DNA of 50,970 nucleotides from Elusimicrobiota bacterium (GCA_027319565.1 DAHVNA010000012.1:1-50970); one strand, 5' to 3'. Positions 1-10,410 are shown, numbered from the stretch's first letter. A program made the numbers and translations. Notes: generated from the letters alone by a model not told the origin.

Positions 1-2
1 AT

Positions 3-506
3 CATTACCAAGAAACCCTTAAATCCGTTCCTGAAAACGCCGACATCTGGCGCCACTATGCGGAAGTTTTGATGCAGTTAAGGAAATTCTCGGAAGCGGA
101 AGTTGCAGCTAAAAAATCTCTATCTCTCAACCCAGATCCAAAAACAGAAATGGATACCGTTTTCATTGAGCGCGATGAAGGCCATTTAGACCAAGCTCTT
201 TCGCTTCTTGATTCACCTAGCCTCAACAGTCAATATGGGGTCAAGGCGAAGCGCCTTAAAGGCCTTTGGTTATTAGAAGACAAACAGATCGAAAAAGCGA
301 TTTTAACGGCAAAAAATGTCCAAAAAATTTCTCCTGAGGACCCCATTGCTTTTTGGGTATTAGCTCAAGCCGCTTTAAGCCGCGGACAAATATCAAAAGC
401 AAAGAAAGAACTTGGCCGTATTCGCGATTCTCAAAAACATTCTTTTGTCTATAAAGCCGCCCAAGCCTTACTTCGCTCTCTCCCCGAACCTCGGTCTAAA
501 ATATAA
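3..506 (+). CDS. Tetratricopeptide-repeat protein, 5'-truncated by window edge
   Basis: Frame is open from base 3 (HYQETLKSVPENADIWRHYAEVLMQLRKFSEAE...). TPR-like helices with PENADIW and PEDPIAFWVLAQAAL patterns. Confidence 0.75.
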   Translation, partial: HYQETLKSVPENADIWRHYAEVLMQLRKFSEAEVAAKKSLSLNPDPKTEMDTVFIERDEGHLDQALSLLDSPSLNSQYGVKAKRLKGLWLLEDKQIEKAILTAKNVQKISPEDPIAFWVLAQAALSRGQISKAKKELGRIRDSQKHSFVYKAAQALLRSLPEPRSKI

Positions 507-509
507 TCT

Positions 510-538
510 TGGACAGGTTCGTCGTAAATGAGTAAAAT
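510..538 (+). promoter_or_regulatory. Sigma70-type promoter for tRNA-Leu/alaS
   Basis: TGGACA (510-515), 17 nt spacer, TAAAAT (533-538), 9 nt upstream of the tRNA. Confidence 0.6.
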
Positions 539-547
539 AGTTTACAC

Positions 548-632
548 GCCGGCGTGGCGGAACTGGCAGACGCAAGCGACTCAAAATCGCTCGGTGCCTC
601 GCACCGTGTGGGTTCGACTCCCTCCGCCGGCA
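548..632 (+). tRNA. tRNA-Leu(CAA)
   Basis: Acceptor stem GCCGGCG/CGCCGGC-A, D-loop GGCGGAACTGGCAGACGC, anticodon loop CT-CAA-AA, long variable arm, GGTTCGACTCC. CCA not encoded. Confidence 0.95.
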
Positions 633-650
633 AGTCTTTAAGCAATTTCA

Positions 651-3290
651 ATGAACCAAAGCTCTGTTCTTCGTCAAGAATTCCTGTCTTTTTTTTCCGC
701 CCGCAATCATCGCGTCACCCCTTCTTCTCCTCTGATTCCCCGCGGCGACCCGACGCTGATGTTTACCTCGGCCGGGATGGTGCCCTTTAAGCCTTATTTT
801 TTGGGGCAACTCCGAGACCTTTCGCGCGCGGCCAGTTGCCAAAAGTGCTTCCGGACAACCGACATCGGAAATGTTGGCCTGACCGTGAGACATTTGACCT
901 TTTTCGAAATGCTGGGAAACTTTTCATTCGGCGACTACTTCAAAGAAGACGCGATTCAGTGGGCTTGGGAATTTCTGACGCAAAAAGCCGGCTTTGACCC
1001 TCGCCGGCTCTATCCCACGGTTTTTAAAGACGATCCCGAGGCCGAAAAAATATGGAAATCGCTCAATGTTCCCAACTTGCCGGCGCGGCTTGGAGAAGAC
1101 ACCAATTTTTGGACCATGGGCCCCACCGGCCCCTGCGGCCCTTGTTCTGAAATTTATTTTGACCGCGGAGCGGAATTTTCCTGCGGAAAACTCAGTTGCT
1201 CGGTTGGATGTGACTGCGACAGATATTTAGAAGTTTGGAATCTGGTGTTTACCCAGTTTGACCGCCAGGAAGACGGAAAACTAACGCCGCTCCCACGCAA
1301 AAACATCGACACGGGAATGGGGCTTGAGCGTCTCGTTTTTTCTTCCAGCAACCAACCTTCGCCTTTCGACACCGATTTATTTCTGCCCATCATCGAAAAA
1401 GCTTCCTCTTTATTTAACCGCGATTTCCGCCAATCAAGCCAGACAGAAATTTCCTTTCGCATCATCGCCGATCATCTCCGCGGCTCGGTCTTTTTGCTCA
1501 GCGAAGGAATCATCCCTTCTAATATCGAGCGTGGATATGTTTTAAGACGCCTGATTCGCCGGGCCTCGCGCTATGGAAAGATGCTGGGCTCTCAAGAGCC
1601 TTTCCTCTATAAACTGATTCCGGCATGTCTGCAAATATTTAAGGGAGTTTATCCCGAAATAGAAAAATCCCGCGCTTTAATAGAGACGACTCTCAAATCG
1701 GAAGAAGAAAAATTTCTAGAGACCTTATCTGTCGGAGAAGCGGAATTGGCCCACATCTTATCCAAACAAAACGGGAAGACCCTCAGCGGACAAGAGGCGT
1801 TTCGGCTCTATGAAACCTTTGGTTTCCCATTAGAACTGACCAAGGAAATCTGCACTGAAAAAGGGTTTCAAGTCGACGAAGCGGGGTTTGACAGCGCTTT
1901 TAAAAAATCGGTTGAAATTGCCCGCTCTTCCTGGAAAGGCTCCGGAGAGAACCGCATAGAAATCCCGCATTTTGACCATCCCACCCAATTTTTGGGTTAT
2001 GAAAAACTGGAATCCAAAGCCGAAATCGCCGCCGCAGATACAAGGGGAAATCGGGGTTTTCTCGTCCTCAATCAAACTCCTTTTTATCCGGAAGGCGGCG
2101 GACAAGTGGGAGATCAGGGAGAAATCCTCAGCGAAGAAGGGCGCGTTCTGGCAAAAGTCATAGACACCCAGAAGCAAGGACCCACCATCATCCATATTTT
2201 AGAATCCAATGATATCGGCTCATTTGAGAAGGGCCGCACGGTCATAGCCCGGGTTGATAGACAACAAAGAGAATTGACCGCCCCGCATCACACCGCGACC
2301 CATCTTCTCAACGCCGCGCTTCGAATGGTTTTAGGGCCTCACGTGCGGCAAGCCGGCTCCTATGTCGGCCCAGATAAATTGCGCTTTGATTTTACCCATC
2401 CCTCGGCTCTCTCAAAGGAAGAAATAGAAAGAATTGAATTTATCGTCAACGAAGAAATTAAGAAATCAGATCCCGTCAGCCCGAAAGAAGATTCGATTGA
2501 TAAAGTTCAGGAATTGGGCGCGGTCACTCTCATGGGCGAAAACTACGGGGACAAACCCCGCTTTTTGCTGATCGGCCCCAAGGGCTGGGAAAATCCCCAC
2601 GAGCGCTTTAGTCTTGAACTCTGCGGAGGAACGCACGTTTCCAACACCGCTCAAATCAAAACCTTTAAAATCGTCAAAGAATCCTCCGTAGCCTCGGGAG
2701 TGCGCCGCATCGAGGCCGTCGCGGGAGACGCGGCAAGAATTTGGGAAAAAGAAAAAAGAGAAGCGGAAAAAACGATTCTTGAAGATTTAAAAGCCCGCCA
2801 GAAAAAGGCGCTCGAAGAAATCCTGGCCTTAGGCGGAAAAGAGCCTTCAAATTTCGACTTCAATCAAGATATTCAATCACTGCGGACCCAAGAAAAGGAA
2901 CTACTGGCGATTTTAAATAATTTAAAAACAAAAAAATTGGCTTTAGATTCCAACGCCGGAGTCAAGCTCATGACCGTCAAAGGAGCTTCTGTTCACATCC
3001 AAAAGCTAGACGGCGCAGAGCCGAAGATGCTGCGCGAAATCGCCGACATGGCCAAGGCCCAGGCAAACGCCGGAATTATCTTTGTCGCATGTCCTGCTAA
3101 TGGAAAAATTTCTTTCGTCTTGTCTTTAAACACGGATATGATCGCCCGCGGCTTTGACGCCTCTAAAATCGCCAAAAACCTGGCCTCTCATTTGTCCGGA
3201 TCCGCTGGCGGGCGGCCCGATTTCGCCCAAGGCGGAGTCGCCGAGAAAGACTGGGAAAAAGTGACCCGCGTCTTAATTTCTCTCTTGTGA
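651..3290 (+). CDS. alaS: Alanine--tRNA ligase
   Basis: DPTLMFTSAGMVPFK, HLTFFEMLGNFSFGDYFK, GPCGPCSEI, editing motifs HTATHLL and ELCGGTH, C-terminal GGRPDFAQGG. Confidence 0.99.
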   Translation: MNQSSVLRQEFLSFFSARNHRVTPSSPLIPRGDPTLMFTSAGMVPFKPYFLGQLRDLSRAASCQKCFRTTDIGNVGLTVRHLTFFEMLGNFSFGDYFKEDAIQWAWEFLTQKAGFDPRRLYPTVFKDDPEAEKIWKSLNVPNLPARLGEDTNFWTMGPTGPCGPCSEIYFDRGAEFSCGKLSCSVGCDCDRYLEVWNLVFTQFDRQEDGKLTPLPRKNIDTGMGLERLVFSSSNQPSPFDTDLFLPIIEKASSLFNRDFRQSSQTEISFRIIADHLRGSVFLLSEGIIPSNIERGYVLRRLIRRASRYGKMLGSQEPFLYKLIPACLQIFKGVYPEIEKSRALIETTLKSEEEKFLETLSVGEAELAHILSKQNGKTLSGQEAFRLYETFGFPLELTKEICTEKGFQVDEAGFDSAFKKSVEIARSSWKGSGENRIEIPHFDHPTQFLGYEKLESKAEIAAADTRGNRGFLVLNQTPFYPEGGGQVGDQGEILSEEGRVLAKVIDTQKQGPTIIHILESNDIGSFEKGRTVIARVDRQQRELTAPHHTATHLLNAALRMVLGPHVRQAGSYVGPDKLRFDFTHPSALSKEEIERIEFIVNEEIKKSDPVSPKEDSIDKVQELGAVTLMGENYGDKPRFLLIGPKGWENPHERFSLELCGGTHVSNTAQIKTFKIVKESSVASGVRRIEAVAGDAARIWEKEKREAEKTILEDLKARQKKALEEILALGGKEPSNFDFNQDIQSLRTQEKELLAILNNLKTKKLALDSNAGVKLMTVKGASVHIQKLDGAEPKMLREIADMAKAQANAGIIFVACPANGKISFVLSLNTDMIARGFDASKIAKNLASHLSGSAGGRPDFAQGGVAEKDWEKVTRVLISLL

Positions 3291-3955
3291 GATTTCGTCC
3301 TCAGTCTATTCTCCCCAATTTTTTTCTTCTCTTGGTCAGTGGATGCGTCTATCATCAACCCTATTCCCTGCCGAGTCCCAAGCTGGGCGCTTCTTACGAC
3401 GCTCCGGAATCCTTAATCAGCGGAGAGTCTTCCGCGTGGGACTTTTTGTGGTTTAAGCCTATCGGAAACGCCACCGCTTCGGCGGCTCTTAAGGACGCGG
3501 AAGAAAAACAAAACGTAAACGCGGACTCTATCGCCGAAGCTCAAATTGAAAAAACCGTCTATTGTTTTCCCATCTGTAGCTGGCCCGTCATCGAGTTTAC
3601 CCAAACCAAATTTAGAGGAGCTCTTCTGGCTAATTCTCTCATCAAACCCTATCATCCCATCCCCAAGATAAAAAATCCCAAGAGATTACGCCCCGGAGAA
3701 TTACCCAGTCCCAGGGTTCTCAAAAAAAGTCTTGAGGACCTCTTTAGCCAAGATCCCCACGAGGCTTTTAATTTCTACTCCAATTTAGACACGGACTCGC
3801 GTGGAGAAATCCGGGACTTAATTGTCACCGAAGACGGGACCCTCGATGGAAACCGCGATTTCTTTATCATTCCAAGAAGCGAAAACCCAAAACGGAAGAA
3901 ATTTCTCATCTGGTTTGTTTCTCGTTTTACCCCCTATATTCCCAGGGAAAAATAA
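3287..3955 (+). CDS. Lipoprotein with TRL-like N-terminal domain
   Basis: GTGA overlap with alaS stop. Lipobox LVSG-C. GESSAWDFLW...GNATASAA resembles the TRL-like family. Extra C-terminal region of unknown type. Confidence 0.6.
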   Translation: MRFRPQSILPNFFLLLVSGCVYHQPYSLPSPKLGASYDAPESLISGESSAWDFLWFKPIGNATASAALKDAEEKQNVNADSIAEAQIEKTVYCFPICSWPVIEFTQTKFRGALLANSLIKPYHPIPKIKNPKRLRPGELPSPRVLKKSLEDLFSQDPHEAFNFYSNLDTDSRGEIRDLIVTEDGTLDGNRDFFIIPRSENPKRKKFLIWFVSRFTPYIPREK

Positions 3956-3972
3956 ATTTCTACAATTTATTT

Positions 3973-5016
3973 ATGAAGCGTCTGCTCTCCTTTTTCTTCG
4001 CCGTGTGTTGTCTGACAATTCAAGCCTCTCTCGCTTTTTCTTTACTGCCTAGCGAACAGAACCGAATATCCATATTTCACAAAGTAGCTCCTTCGGTCGT
4101 TTTTATCACTAATATCGCTGTGGCACAAGACTTTTTGCTGGATGAATTGGCCATCCCGCGCGGGGAAGGTTCTGGATTTATCTGGGATAAAGCTGGGCAC
4201 ATCGTCACTAATTATCATGTAGTCGAGGGGGGAGATGCGTTTTTAGTCAAAATGGGCACTCATTCGGAAAGGCAAGCCACCCTGATTGGAAGCGAACCCA
4301 GAAAAGATATCGCCGTCTTGCAACTCACCCGAGTTCCTCATGATCTTCATCCCATTCCTCTGGGAGATTCCCAGTCCTTGCAAGTTGGCCAAGAGGTTTT
4401 GGCCATTGGAAATCCTTTTGGACTCGACAATACCCTGACGGCCGGAATTGTCAGCGCCTTAGGGCGACACGTCATGGGAATCGGACAAGTAAGAATCGAC
4501 AACATGATTCAAACCGATGCGGCCATCAACCCGGGAAATTCCGGAGGCCCGCTGTTAGACTCTTCAGGAAAATTAATCGGAATGAATACCATCATTTACA
4601 CCAACAGCGGCTCAAACGCGGGAATCGGATTCGCGGTTCCAGTCTCTGTCATAAAAAAAATCGTCCCTCAAATCATCCAATACGGCAAAGCAGTTCAACC
4701 GGGACTTGGGGTCGAAATTTTAACGCCTAACCAACAAAGAGAATTAGTCGGAGATATTGAAGGCGTCGTTATCCGACGCGTGCGCGCGAAAACCCCGGCA
4801 GCCCAAGCTGGCTTAATTGGAATTCACCGCGATCCGACAACTGGAGAATTATTATTGGGAGACATCATTGTCTCCATCAATCACACCAAAATCCACGATT
4901 ACGACGATCTCTACAACACCCTTGAAACTTACAATGTCGGCGACACGATCCGGCTGGGTATTTTACGCGCGGGAAAAAAGGAATTTTTAAACCTTAAGCT
5001 CATCAACGTTTTTTAG
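3973..5016 (+). CDS. HtrA/DegP-family periplasmic serine protease (trypsin + one PDZ)
   Basis: Signal peptide, GSGFIWD...VTNYHVV, DIAVL, IQTDAAINPGNSGGPL, C-terminal PDZ. Confidence 0.95.
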   Translation: MKRLLSFFFAVCCLTIQASLAFSLLPSEQNRISIFHKVAPSVVFITNIAVAQDFLLDELAIPRGEGSGFIWDKAGHIVTNYHVVEGGDAFLVKMGTHSERQATLIGSEPRKDIAVLQLTRVPHDLHPIPLGDSQSLQVGQEVLAIGNPFGLDNTLTAGIVSALGRHVMGIGQVRIDNMIQTDAAINPGNSGGPLLDSSGKLIGMNTIIYTNSGSNAGIGFAVPVSVIKKIVPQIIQYGKAVQPGLGVEILTPNQQRELVGDIEGVVIRRVRAKTPAAQAGLIGIHRDPTTGELLLGDIIVSINHTKIHDYDDLYNTLETYNVGDTIRLGILRAGKKEFLNLKLINVF

Positions 5017-5022
5017 CCCGCT

Positions 5023-6333
5023 TTAATATCCGCTCAAGCGCTTTAATTGAGAATAAAATCGCGTAATTTCAGGCTCGCAGATAATATCCCGCTTTTGAAG
5101 AGGGCGCGAAAGATAAATATGGGACAAGTCCCGGCAGCGGCTTAAGGCGACATAGGCTTGCCCTGCGGCAAAGGCGCCGTATCCTAAATCAATTTCAACC
5201 GAACCGAGAGTCTTTCCCTGGGCTTTGTGAATGGTCGTCGCCCAGGCCAAGGTCAAGGGGATTTGAGAAAATTGCCCGGCGCTTTCTTTGTGAATGATTT
5301 TTTGTTCCGGGTCCCAATGGTAACGCACAGATTCCCAAGTGCTTGCCTCCACTTCAACCATGCGCGGGCTTGAGTCTTGAATTTCAACAATCACGCTGTT
5401 CTCTTTTAAATCTCTGACAATGCCAAGGCTGCCATTGACCCATTGACTGCCGTTTTTGGTCAGCATCACCTGGGCTCCGATTTTAAGCTTGAGAAACTCG
5501 GGAGACGGCAAGCGTTCCCGAAGAGAATCAAACGCTCCCTTAAAGGTTCCGGAATAAACCTTGCTTTCTCCCGGCAAAGACGCCAGAGACTGTTCATTGC
5601 GAAGATCCGCCGCGCGATTGGTCGTAGTTAAAAGGATGTTGGCTAGAGGCATCGCCTTCTTCTTAAAACAACGCTGGTTAATCTGGGAAACGACTTCTTC
5701 GAGATTTTCTCCCGCGCGAATTTGATTTAAAAGCCCCGCGAAAAAGCGGTCTTTTTGCCTAAAGGCCTCTTCTAACTCGAAAAATCTCATTGGAGCTTCT
5801 CCAATGACACGGGAGCTAAAAAAATAGGGATTGGGATAAACCTGGCTAAAAAATGAGCTTAGATCGGAACCCGAGACCACCGGGGGAAGCTGAAAGAGAT
5901 CTCCGACCAAGAGAATTTGAACGCCGCCGAAAGGTTCGCCAAGCCGCGGCCCGTTTTTTTCAAGGAAGTTTCCAATCGCGTCCATGACATCGGCCCGAAC
6001 CATCGAGATTTCATCAATAATCAAAAGATCGAGGTTTTCATAAAGGGCGCGTTTTGACATTCGGCGAATATCGGAGGCCTGGAGAAGACGGGATGGCAGT
6101 TTAAAAAAGGAATGGATCGTCGCCCCTCCAACGTTGAGAGCGGCAATTCCAGTCGGGGCGACAATGGCCGAGCGCCATTTTTTCTGTTCGATAATCCAGC
6201 GAATCAGGGTTGATTTTCCGCTCCCCGCCTTTCCGCTGACGAAAATAATCGGGGCTTTATTTTTGAGCGCCTCAAAAATACGCAGGTAGCTGTCAGTGAC
6301 AATCAGACTTTCCAGTTCGGTCTCGGCAGGCAT
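5023..6333 (-). CDS. PIF1-family (SF1B) DNA helicase
   Basis: GKAGSGKS Walker A, APTGIAALN, IIDEISMV, GDLFQLPPV, PLTLAWATTIHKAQG, GQAYVALSR. Confidence 0.93.
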   Translation of the reverse strand: MPAETELESLIVTDSYLRIFEALKNKAPIIFVSGKAGSGKSTLIRWIIEQKKWRSAIVAPTGIAALNVGGATIHSFFKLPSRLLQASDIRRMSKRALYENLDLLIIDEISMVRADVMDAIGNFLEKNGPRLGEPFGGVQILLVGDLFQLPPVVSGSDLSSFFSQVYPNPYFFSSRVIGEAPMRFFELEEAFRQKDRFFAGLLNQIRAGENLEEVVSQINQRCFKKKAMPLANILLTTTNRAADLRNEQSLASLPGESKVYSGTFKGAFDSLRERLPSPEFLKLKIGAQVMLTKNGSQWVNGSLGIVRDLKENSVIVEIQDSSPRMVEVEASTWESVRYHWDPEQKIIHKESAGQFSQIPLTLAWATTIHKAQGKTLGSVEIDLGYGAFAAGQAYVALSRCRDLSHIYLSRPLQKRDIICEPEITRFYSQLKRLSGY

Positions 6334-6529
6334 ACCCTTATCTTCTACAAAACCTCAAGGCGCAATACCTAATCTAATGGAAAGCCGACAACCAGCCTTG
6401 TCATTGAGGCGTCATGCACAATGTCCATCGCCACTTGGGCTTAATACTTCCGAAAAACGCCAGATGATTTGGGCCAACAAAGCCCAGGTCTTTTGTGATA
6501 AAATGGGATAAAATCAGTTGGGGCTTTAA

Positions 6530-7003
6530 ATGGATTTTACGGAAGAAACAAATATCGGCTTTTTGCTCACCGAAAGAACAATCCTTCGCGCCGAGCCTTT
6601 TATAAAAAAAGAGGTCTTGATGAACGCTCTCATTTCCCGGATATGCGAAGCCCATAATATCTCAAATTTGGAATTTCTCCAATCCAAGATTCATGAGAGA
6701 GAAAAAGGAATTCCTACGACCTTGGATACCGGGCTGAGCATTCCGCACGCGCGAATAGACGGCCTCGATGATTTCGCCGCCGCCTTGGCTTTACTGCCTT
6801 ACGGCATCAATGAACAAAACGATTCCACGAACATGATTCGGCTGATGTTTATCTTTTTATCCCCTAATAAAAAAGAATTCTACCCCCAACACCTCCAAAT
6901 ACTTCGCAAAGCCGCCCTCTTGTTTCAGCCGGATTTCATCGACGCCCTCAACTTGGCATCGGCCGAAGAAGCCCTGCGGCTGATTCGCTCCAGAAAAATA
7001 TAA
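6530..7003 (+). CDS. PTS EIIA type-2 (PtsN/fructose-like) domain protein
   Basis: EREKGIPTTLDTGLSIPHAR phospho-His motif, HLQILRK. Confidence 0.85.
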   Translation: MDFTEETNIGFLLTERTILRAEPFIKKEVLMNALISRICEAHNISNLEFLQSKIHEREKGIPTTLDTGLSIPHARIDGLDDFAAALALLPYGINEQNDSTNMIRLMFIFLSPNKKEFYPQHLQILRKAALLFQPDFIDALNLASAEEALRLIRSRKI

Positions 7004-7515
7004 TGGCTGTGATGAGAATTACCAAGCACGGAGAAAAAGTTCTTAAGACCGTCTCTGTTCCCGTCGATTATGACAAAATCAAGCCCAAACTCCCCAAACT
7101 CCTCAAGGACATGTGGAAGACCATGTATTCCGTCAATGGGGTGGGGCTAGCCGCGCCTCAAATAGGGCTCAACATACGGCTTTGCATTATTGATGTCAAG
7201 CCGGAGGGGAAATCCCAAAAAATTGTTTTGATCAACCCGGAAATCATTGAGACCAGCGGCCATCTGGAAGAAGAAGAGGGTTGCTTGTCGGTCCCCGGAG
7301 TTTATGCCAAGGTCAAAAGGTTTTCCCGCGCGACAATCCGCGCCCTCAACGCCGAAGGCAAACCATATCAAATGTCAGGGGAAGGCCTTTTGGCACGCGC
7401 TTTCCAGCATGAAGTCGATCATTTAGACGGCAAACTCTTCATCGATCGACTCGACTTCGCCAGCAAACTGAAGGTCTTGTCTGTCATTAAAGATCTGAAG
7501 AAGAACTGGAACTGA
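7003..7515 (+). CDS. def: Peptide deformylase
   Basis: GVGLAAPQIG, EEGCLSVPG, QHEVDHLDG. Confidence 0.98.
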   Translation: MAVMRITKHGEKVLKTVSVPVDYDKIKPKLPKLLKDMWKTMYSVNGVGLAAPQIGLNIRLCIIDVKPEGKSQKIVLINPEIIETSGHLEEEEGCLSVPGVYAKVKRFSRATIRALNAEGKPYQMSGEGLLARAFQHEVDHLDGKLFIDRLDFASKLKVLSVIKDLKKNWN

Positions 7516-7537
7516 GTATCAAGAAAACCCTATTCTG

Positions 7538-8497
7538 ATGCGAACCCTGTTTTACGGAACTCCGAGTATCGCCGTCTCTTATCTGCAATTAGCGGCGGAA
7601 GAATCGGAAGTTGCCGCGGTCATCACCCAGCCGGACCGCCCCGTCGGCCGCGGGCTTGAGACAAAGCCCGGTCCAGTCAAAGAAGCGGCCTTAGAACTCA
7701 AATTGCCCGTTCTTCAGCCAGAACGGCCTTCCGCGATAGCGGAACAAATCAAGCCCTTCAACGCCGATTTAGGGATTGTCATCGCTTATGGGCAAATTCT
7801 CAAGCCCGACGCGCTCAAAGCCACTCGCTTAGGACACATCAATGTTCATTTCTCGTTATTGCCCAAATACCGCGGTTCCGCTCCAGTTCCCTGGGCGCTC
7901 ATCAATGGAGAAACCAAAACCGGAGTCTCTCTGTTCTGGCTGGACGAAGGAATGGACACCGGCCCCCTTTTAATCCAAAAAGAGGCGGAAATATTGCCGG
8001 ATGAAAACGCCGCTCAAGTCATGGAAAAACTCAAGGTCCTGGGATTAGATTTGCTGAAGACGGCTCTTGGGCGAATTTCCCATGGGGATTATCTCAAAAT
8101 TCCTCAAGAGGGAACCCCCAGCTATGCCCCACTACTCAAAAAAACCGACGGGCTCATCGATTTCGAGAATTCCGCCGTTCAAATCCACAATCTCGTGCGC
8201 GGGCTCTTTATCTGGCCCCGCGCCTACTTCGTTTTGAGAGACCCTTCCGGAGACAAACGCGTCTCCGTCCTTCAAACAGCCCTAAACTCGGCCTCCTCCG
8301 CGCCATTTCCCGCTCCCATCGGAACCATTCTACGCGTTGAACAACAACGAGGCTTTTTGTTACAATGTGGACAAGGCAGTTCTGTTTGGATTTCGCGTGT
8401 CCAGCCTGAGGGAAAAAGTCCGATGGGAGCGGCCGAATTTTTGAATGGTCGGCGCTTGACCGTGGGGCATAGTCTCCCTTTAAAACGTGGAAAATAG
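7538..8497 (+). CDS. fmt: Methionyl-tRNA formyltransferase
   Basis: TQPDRPVGRG, INVHFSLLPKYRGSAP, GMDTGP. Follows def. Confidence 0.97.
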   Translation: MRTLFYGTPSIAVSYLQLAAEESEVAAVITQPDRPVGRGLETKPGPVKEAALELKLPVLQPERPSAIAEQIKPFNADLGIVIAYGQILKPDALKATRLGHINVHFSLLPKYRGSAPVPWALINGETKTGVSLFWLDEGMDTGPLLIQKEAEILPDENAAQVMEKLKVLGLDLLKTALGRISHGDYLKIPQEGTPSYAPLLKKTDGLIDFENSAVQIHNLVRGLFIWPRAYFVLRDPSGDKRVSVLQTALNSASSAPFPAPIGTILRVEQQRGFLLQCGQGSSVWISRVQPEGKSPMGAAEFLNGRRLTVGHSLPLKRGK

Positions 8498-9461
8498 AGA
8501 AAATTTATCGTTTGTGCGTTGGTGGGAAGCCGCCATCGCCCTTATATTTCTAGGTATCGTTTTATTTTTTATGCTCCAGTGGGCTATTGAAGGCGCCGTG
8601 CATAGCAGGAAAACGCAGGTCGTCCCCGATCTGCGCGGTAAATCTTTGTCCGCCGCCCTCGATATCCTTTCTCCCCTCCATCTGGGTCTTGAAAAAACCA
8701 GCTCCGATTTTGACGCCTCCGTTCCAATTGACTCGGTACTGCGACAAAATCCCCCCGGCGGGACAGTCGTCAGGGAAGAAAAGATCATCCGCGTTGTCAT
8801 CAGCGAAGGCGGGGAAACCGTCCTAGTCCCCAATGTCACGGGGTTGCCTCTTAGAAACGCGGAAATGCTTCTCCGGGAATCCCAATTAACCGAAGGAGAT
8901 GTCTCGAAGGCCTATTCGCTTAAAGAAGATAAGGGGATTGTTTTATCTCAAGATCCGAAAGCCGATCTGGGAGTCGCCCGCAATTCCCCTATTAGTTTAG
9001 CCGTCTCGGACGGCCCGCCACCCGCCGGAGTCATTTTGATGCCCGATTTCCTCCGAAAAAATGTAACCGAAGCTCAGGCCTGGGCCGGACAGCAAAATCT
9101 GTCTATCACCATTAACCAGGACCCCTCCTCGTTATTTCCGGCTGGAATCATTTTAAGCCAAACCCCCGATTCCGACACGGTTCTTTCGTCTTCAACCGCT
9201 ATTTCAATTACCGTCAGCGCCAAAGCCTCGGGCTCCTCTTCTTCGGCGGCGCCCCAAGCCAATCAGTTTCACTATGAGGTCCCGCAAGGGGCGAGCGCCA
9301 GCTTGGTTAGAATCGTCGCCATTGATAAATACGGAGAGCATGAGATTTTTAACGGCCTGAGAAAACCCGGCACGAAAATTGATATTCCCCTCAATGAATC
9401 GGGCAAAGCCCAGATTCGCATATTTCTCAATGGAATCCTGGTTGAAGAAAAAGATCTATGA
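8487..9461 (+). CDS. Membrane-anchored PASTA-domain protein (3 PASTA repeats, no kinase domain)
   Basis: N-terminal TM helix, then VPDLRGKS, VPNVTGLP and MPDFLRKN repeats with VLRQNP/VLSQDP/ILSQTP. Confidence 0.9.
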   Translation: MENRENLSFVRWWEAAIALIFLGIVLFFMLQWAIEGAVHSRKTQVVPDLRGKSLSAALDILSPLHLGLEKTSSDFDASVPIDSVLRQNPPGGTVVREEKIIRVVISEGGETVLVPNVTGLPLRNAEMLLRESQLTEGDVSKAYSLKEDKGIVLSQDPKADLGVARNSPISLAVSDGPPPAGVILMPDFLRKNVTEAQAWAGQQNLSITINQDPSSLFPAGIILSQTPDSDTVLSSSTAISITVSAKASGSSSSAAPQANQFHYEVPQGASASLVRIVAIDKYGEHEIFNGLRKPGTKIDIPLNESGKAQIRIFLNGILVEEKDL

Positions 9462-10135
9462 CCATGACCAGAAAACATTCTGTTGAAATCGTCCCATCGC
9501 TTTTGGCTTGCGATTTAGCGCATATGGGAGAAGCCATTCAAGCGGTTAAGTCGGCGGGAATCTCCTGGGTCTCCGTCGACATTATGGACGGGCACTTTGT
9601 TCCCAATTTAAGTTTTGGCCCCGATCATGTGCGCATGGCCAAGAAATACGGGCTCACCGTTGATTCTCACCTCATGGTTGAAGACCCCGAGTCCATCGCG
9701 CCGTGGTTTACCAAAGCAGGCGCCGATATCGTCACTTTCCATATCGAGGCGGCCAAGAACGCCAAGAATCTCGCGCAAAAAATCCGCCAAGAAGGAAAAA
9801 AAGCGGGAATTGCCCTCCGGCCTCAAACCCCCGCGGAGAAGGTCCTTCCGCTTCTGCCGGAAATTGATTTGGTCTTGGTCATGACCGTTGACCCCGGCTT
9901 TGGCGGCGCCCATTTCATCAAGGAAATGCTTCCCAAGATTTCAACGCTGCGGCAAGCGATTGATTCCGCCAACCTCGATTGCTGGATTCAAGCCGACGGC
10001 GGAATTAACCCGCAGACAGCCTTGCTCGCATCCGAAGCCGGCGCCGACAGTTTAGTGGCGGGAACCGCGATATTCGGACAAAAAAATATAGCCCAAGCCG
10101 CTCAGATTTTGAAGGATCAAGTCAGGAATAAATAA
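9458..10135 (+). CDS. rpe: Ribulose-phosphate 3-epimerase
   Basis: DIMDGHFVPNLSFG, HLMV, VMTVDPGFGG, DGGIN. Confidence 0.97.
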   Translation: MTMTRKHSVEIVPSLLACDLAHMGEAIQAVKSAGISWVSVDIMDGHFVPNLSFGPDHVRMAKKYGLTVDSHLMVEDPESIAPWFTKAGADIVTFHIEAAKNAKNLAQKIRQEGKKAGIALRPQTPAEKVLPLLPEIDLVLVMTVDPGFGGAHFIKEMLPKISTLRQAIDSANLDCWIQADGGINPQTALLASEAGADSLVAGTAIFGQKNIAQAAQILKDQVRNK

Positions 10136-10149
10136 CAGGGGGAGGACGA

Positions 10150-10410
10150 ATGGCAGTCACAATTAGACTTAAAAGAGTTGGAAAACCAAAGCACCCGCAT
10201 TTTCGCGTGGTGGCTATCGAAAAAATGAGAGGGCCGGCGGGACAACCGTTGGAAATTCTTGGAACCTACGACCCCAAAGAAACGAGTTCGGCCAAAAAGC
10301 TGACGCTCAATCAAGAGCGAATCGATCACTGGATTAAAAACGGAGCGAAACCCTCCGAAACAGTGGCGCAACTCCTCAAGTCCTTAGCTTCAAAGAAGGA
10401 GAAGGTCTGA
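10150..10410 (+). CDS. rpsP: 30S ribosomal protein S16
   Basis: MAVTIRLKRVG...LGTYDP...WIKNGAKPSETV. SD GGAGG. Confidence 0.97.
   Translation: MAVTIRLKRVGKPKHPHFRVVAIEKMRGPAGQPLEILGTYDPKETSSAKKLTLNQERIDHWIKNGAKPSETVAQLLKSLASKKEKV

Noticed and set aside
554..790. ORFs overlapping tRNAs (554-790, 49978-50196) and the many short antisense or alternate-frame ORFs
   Set aside because: Shadow ORFs over tRNAs or well-supported genes, with no recognisable motifs.
5023..6333. PIF1 helicase as part of a defence or mobile system
   Set aside because: Solitary gene with no nuclease, methylase or mobility partner. Bacterial PIF1 homologs are common.
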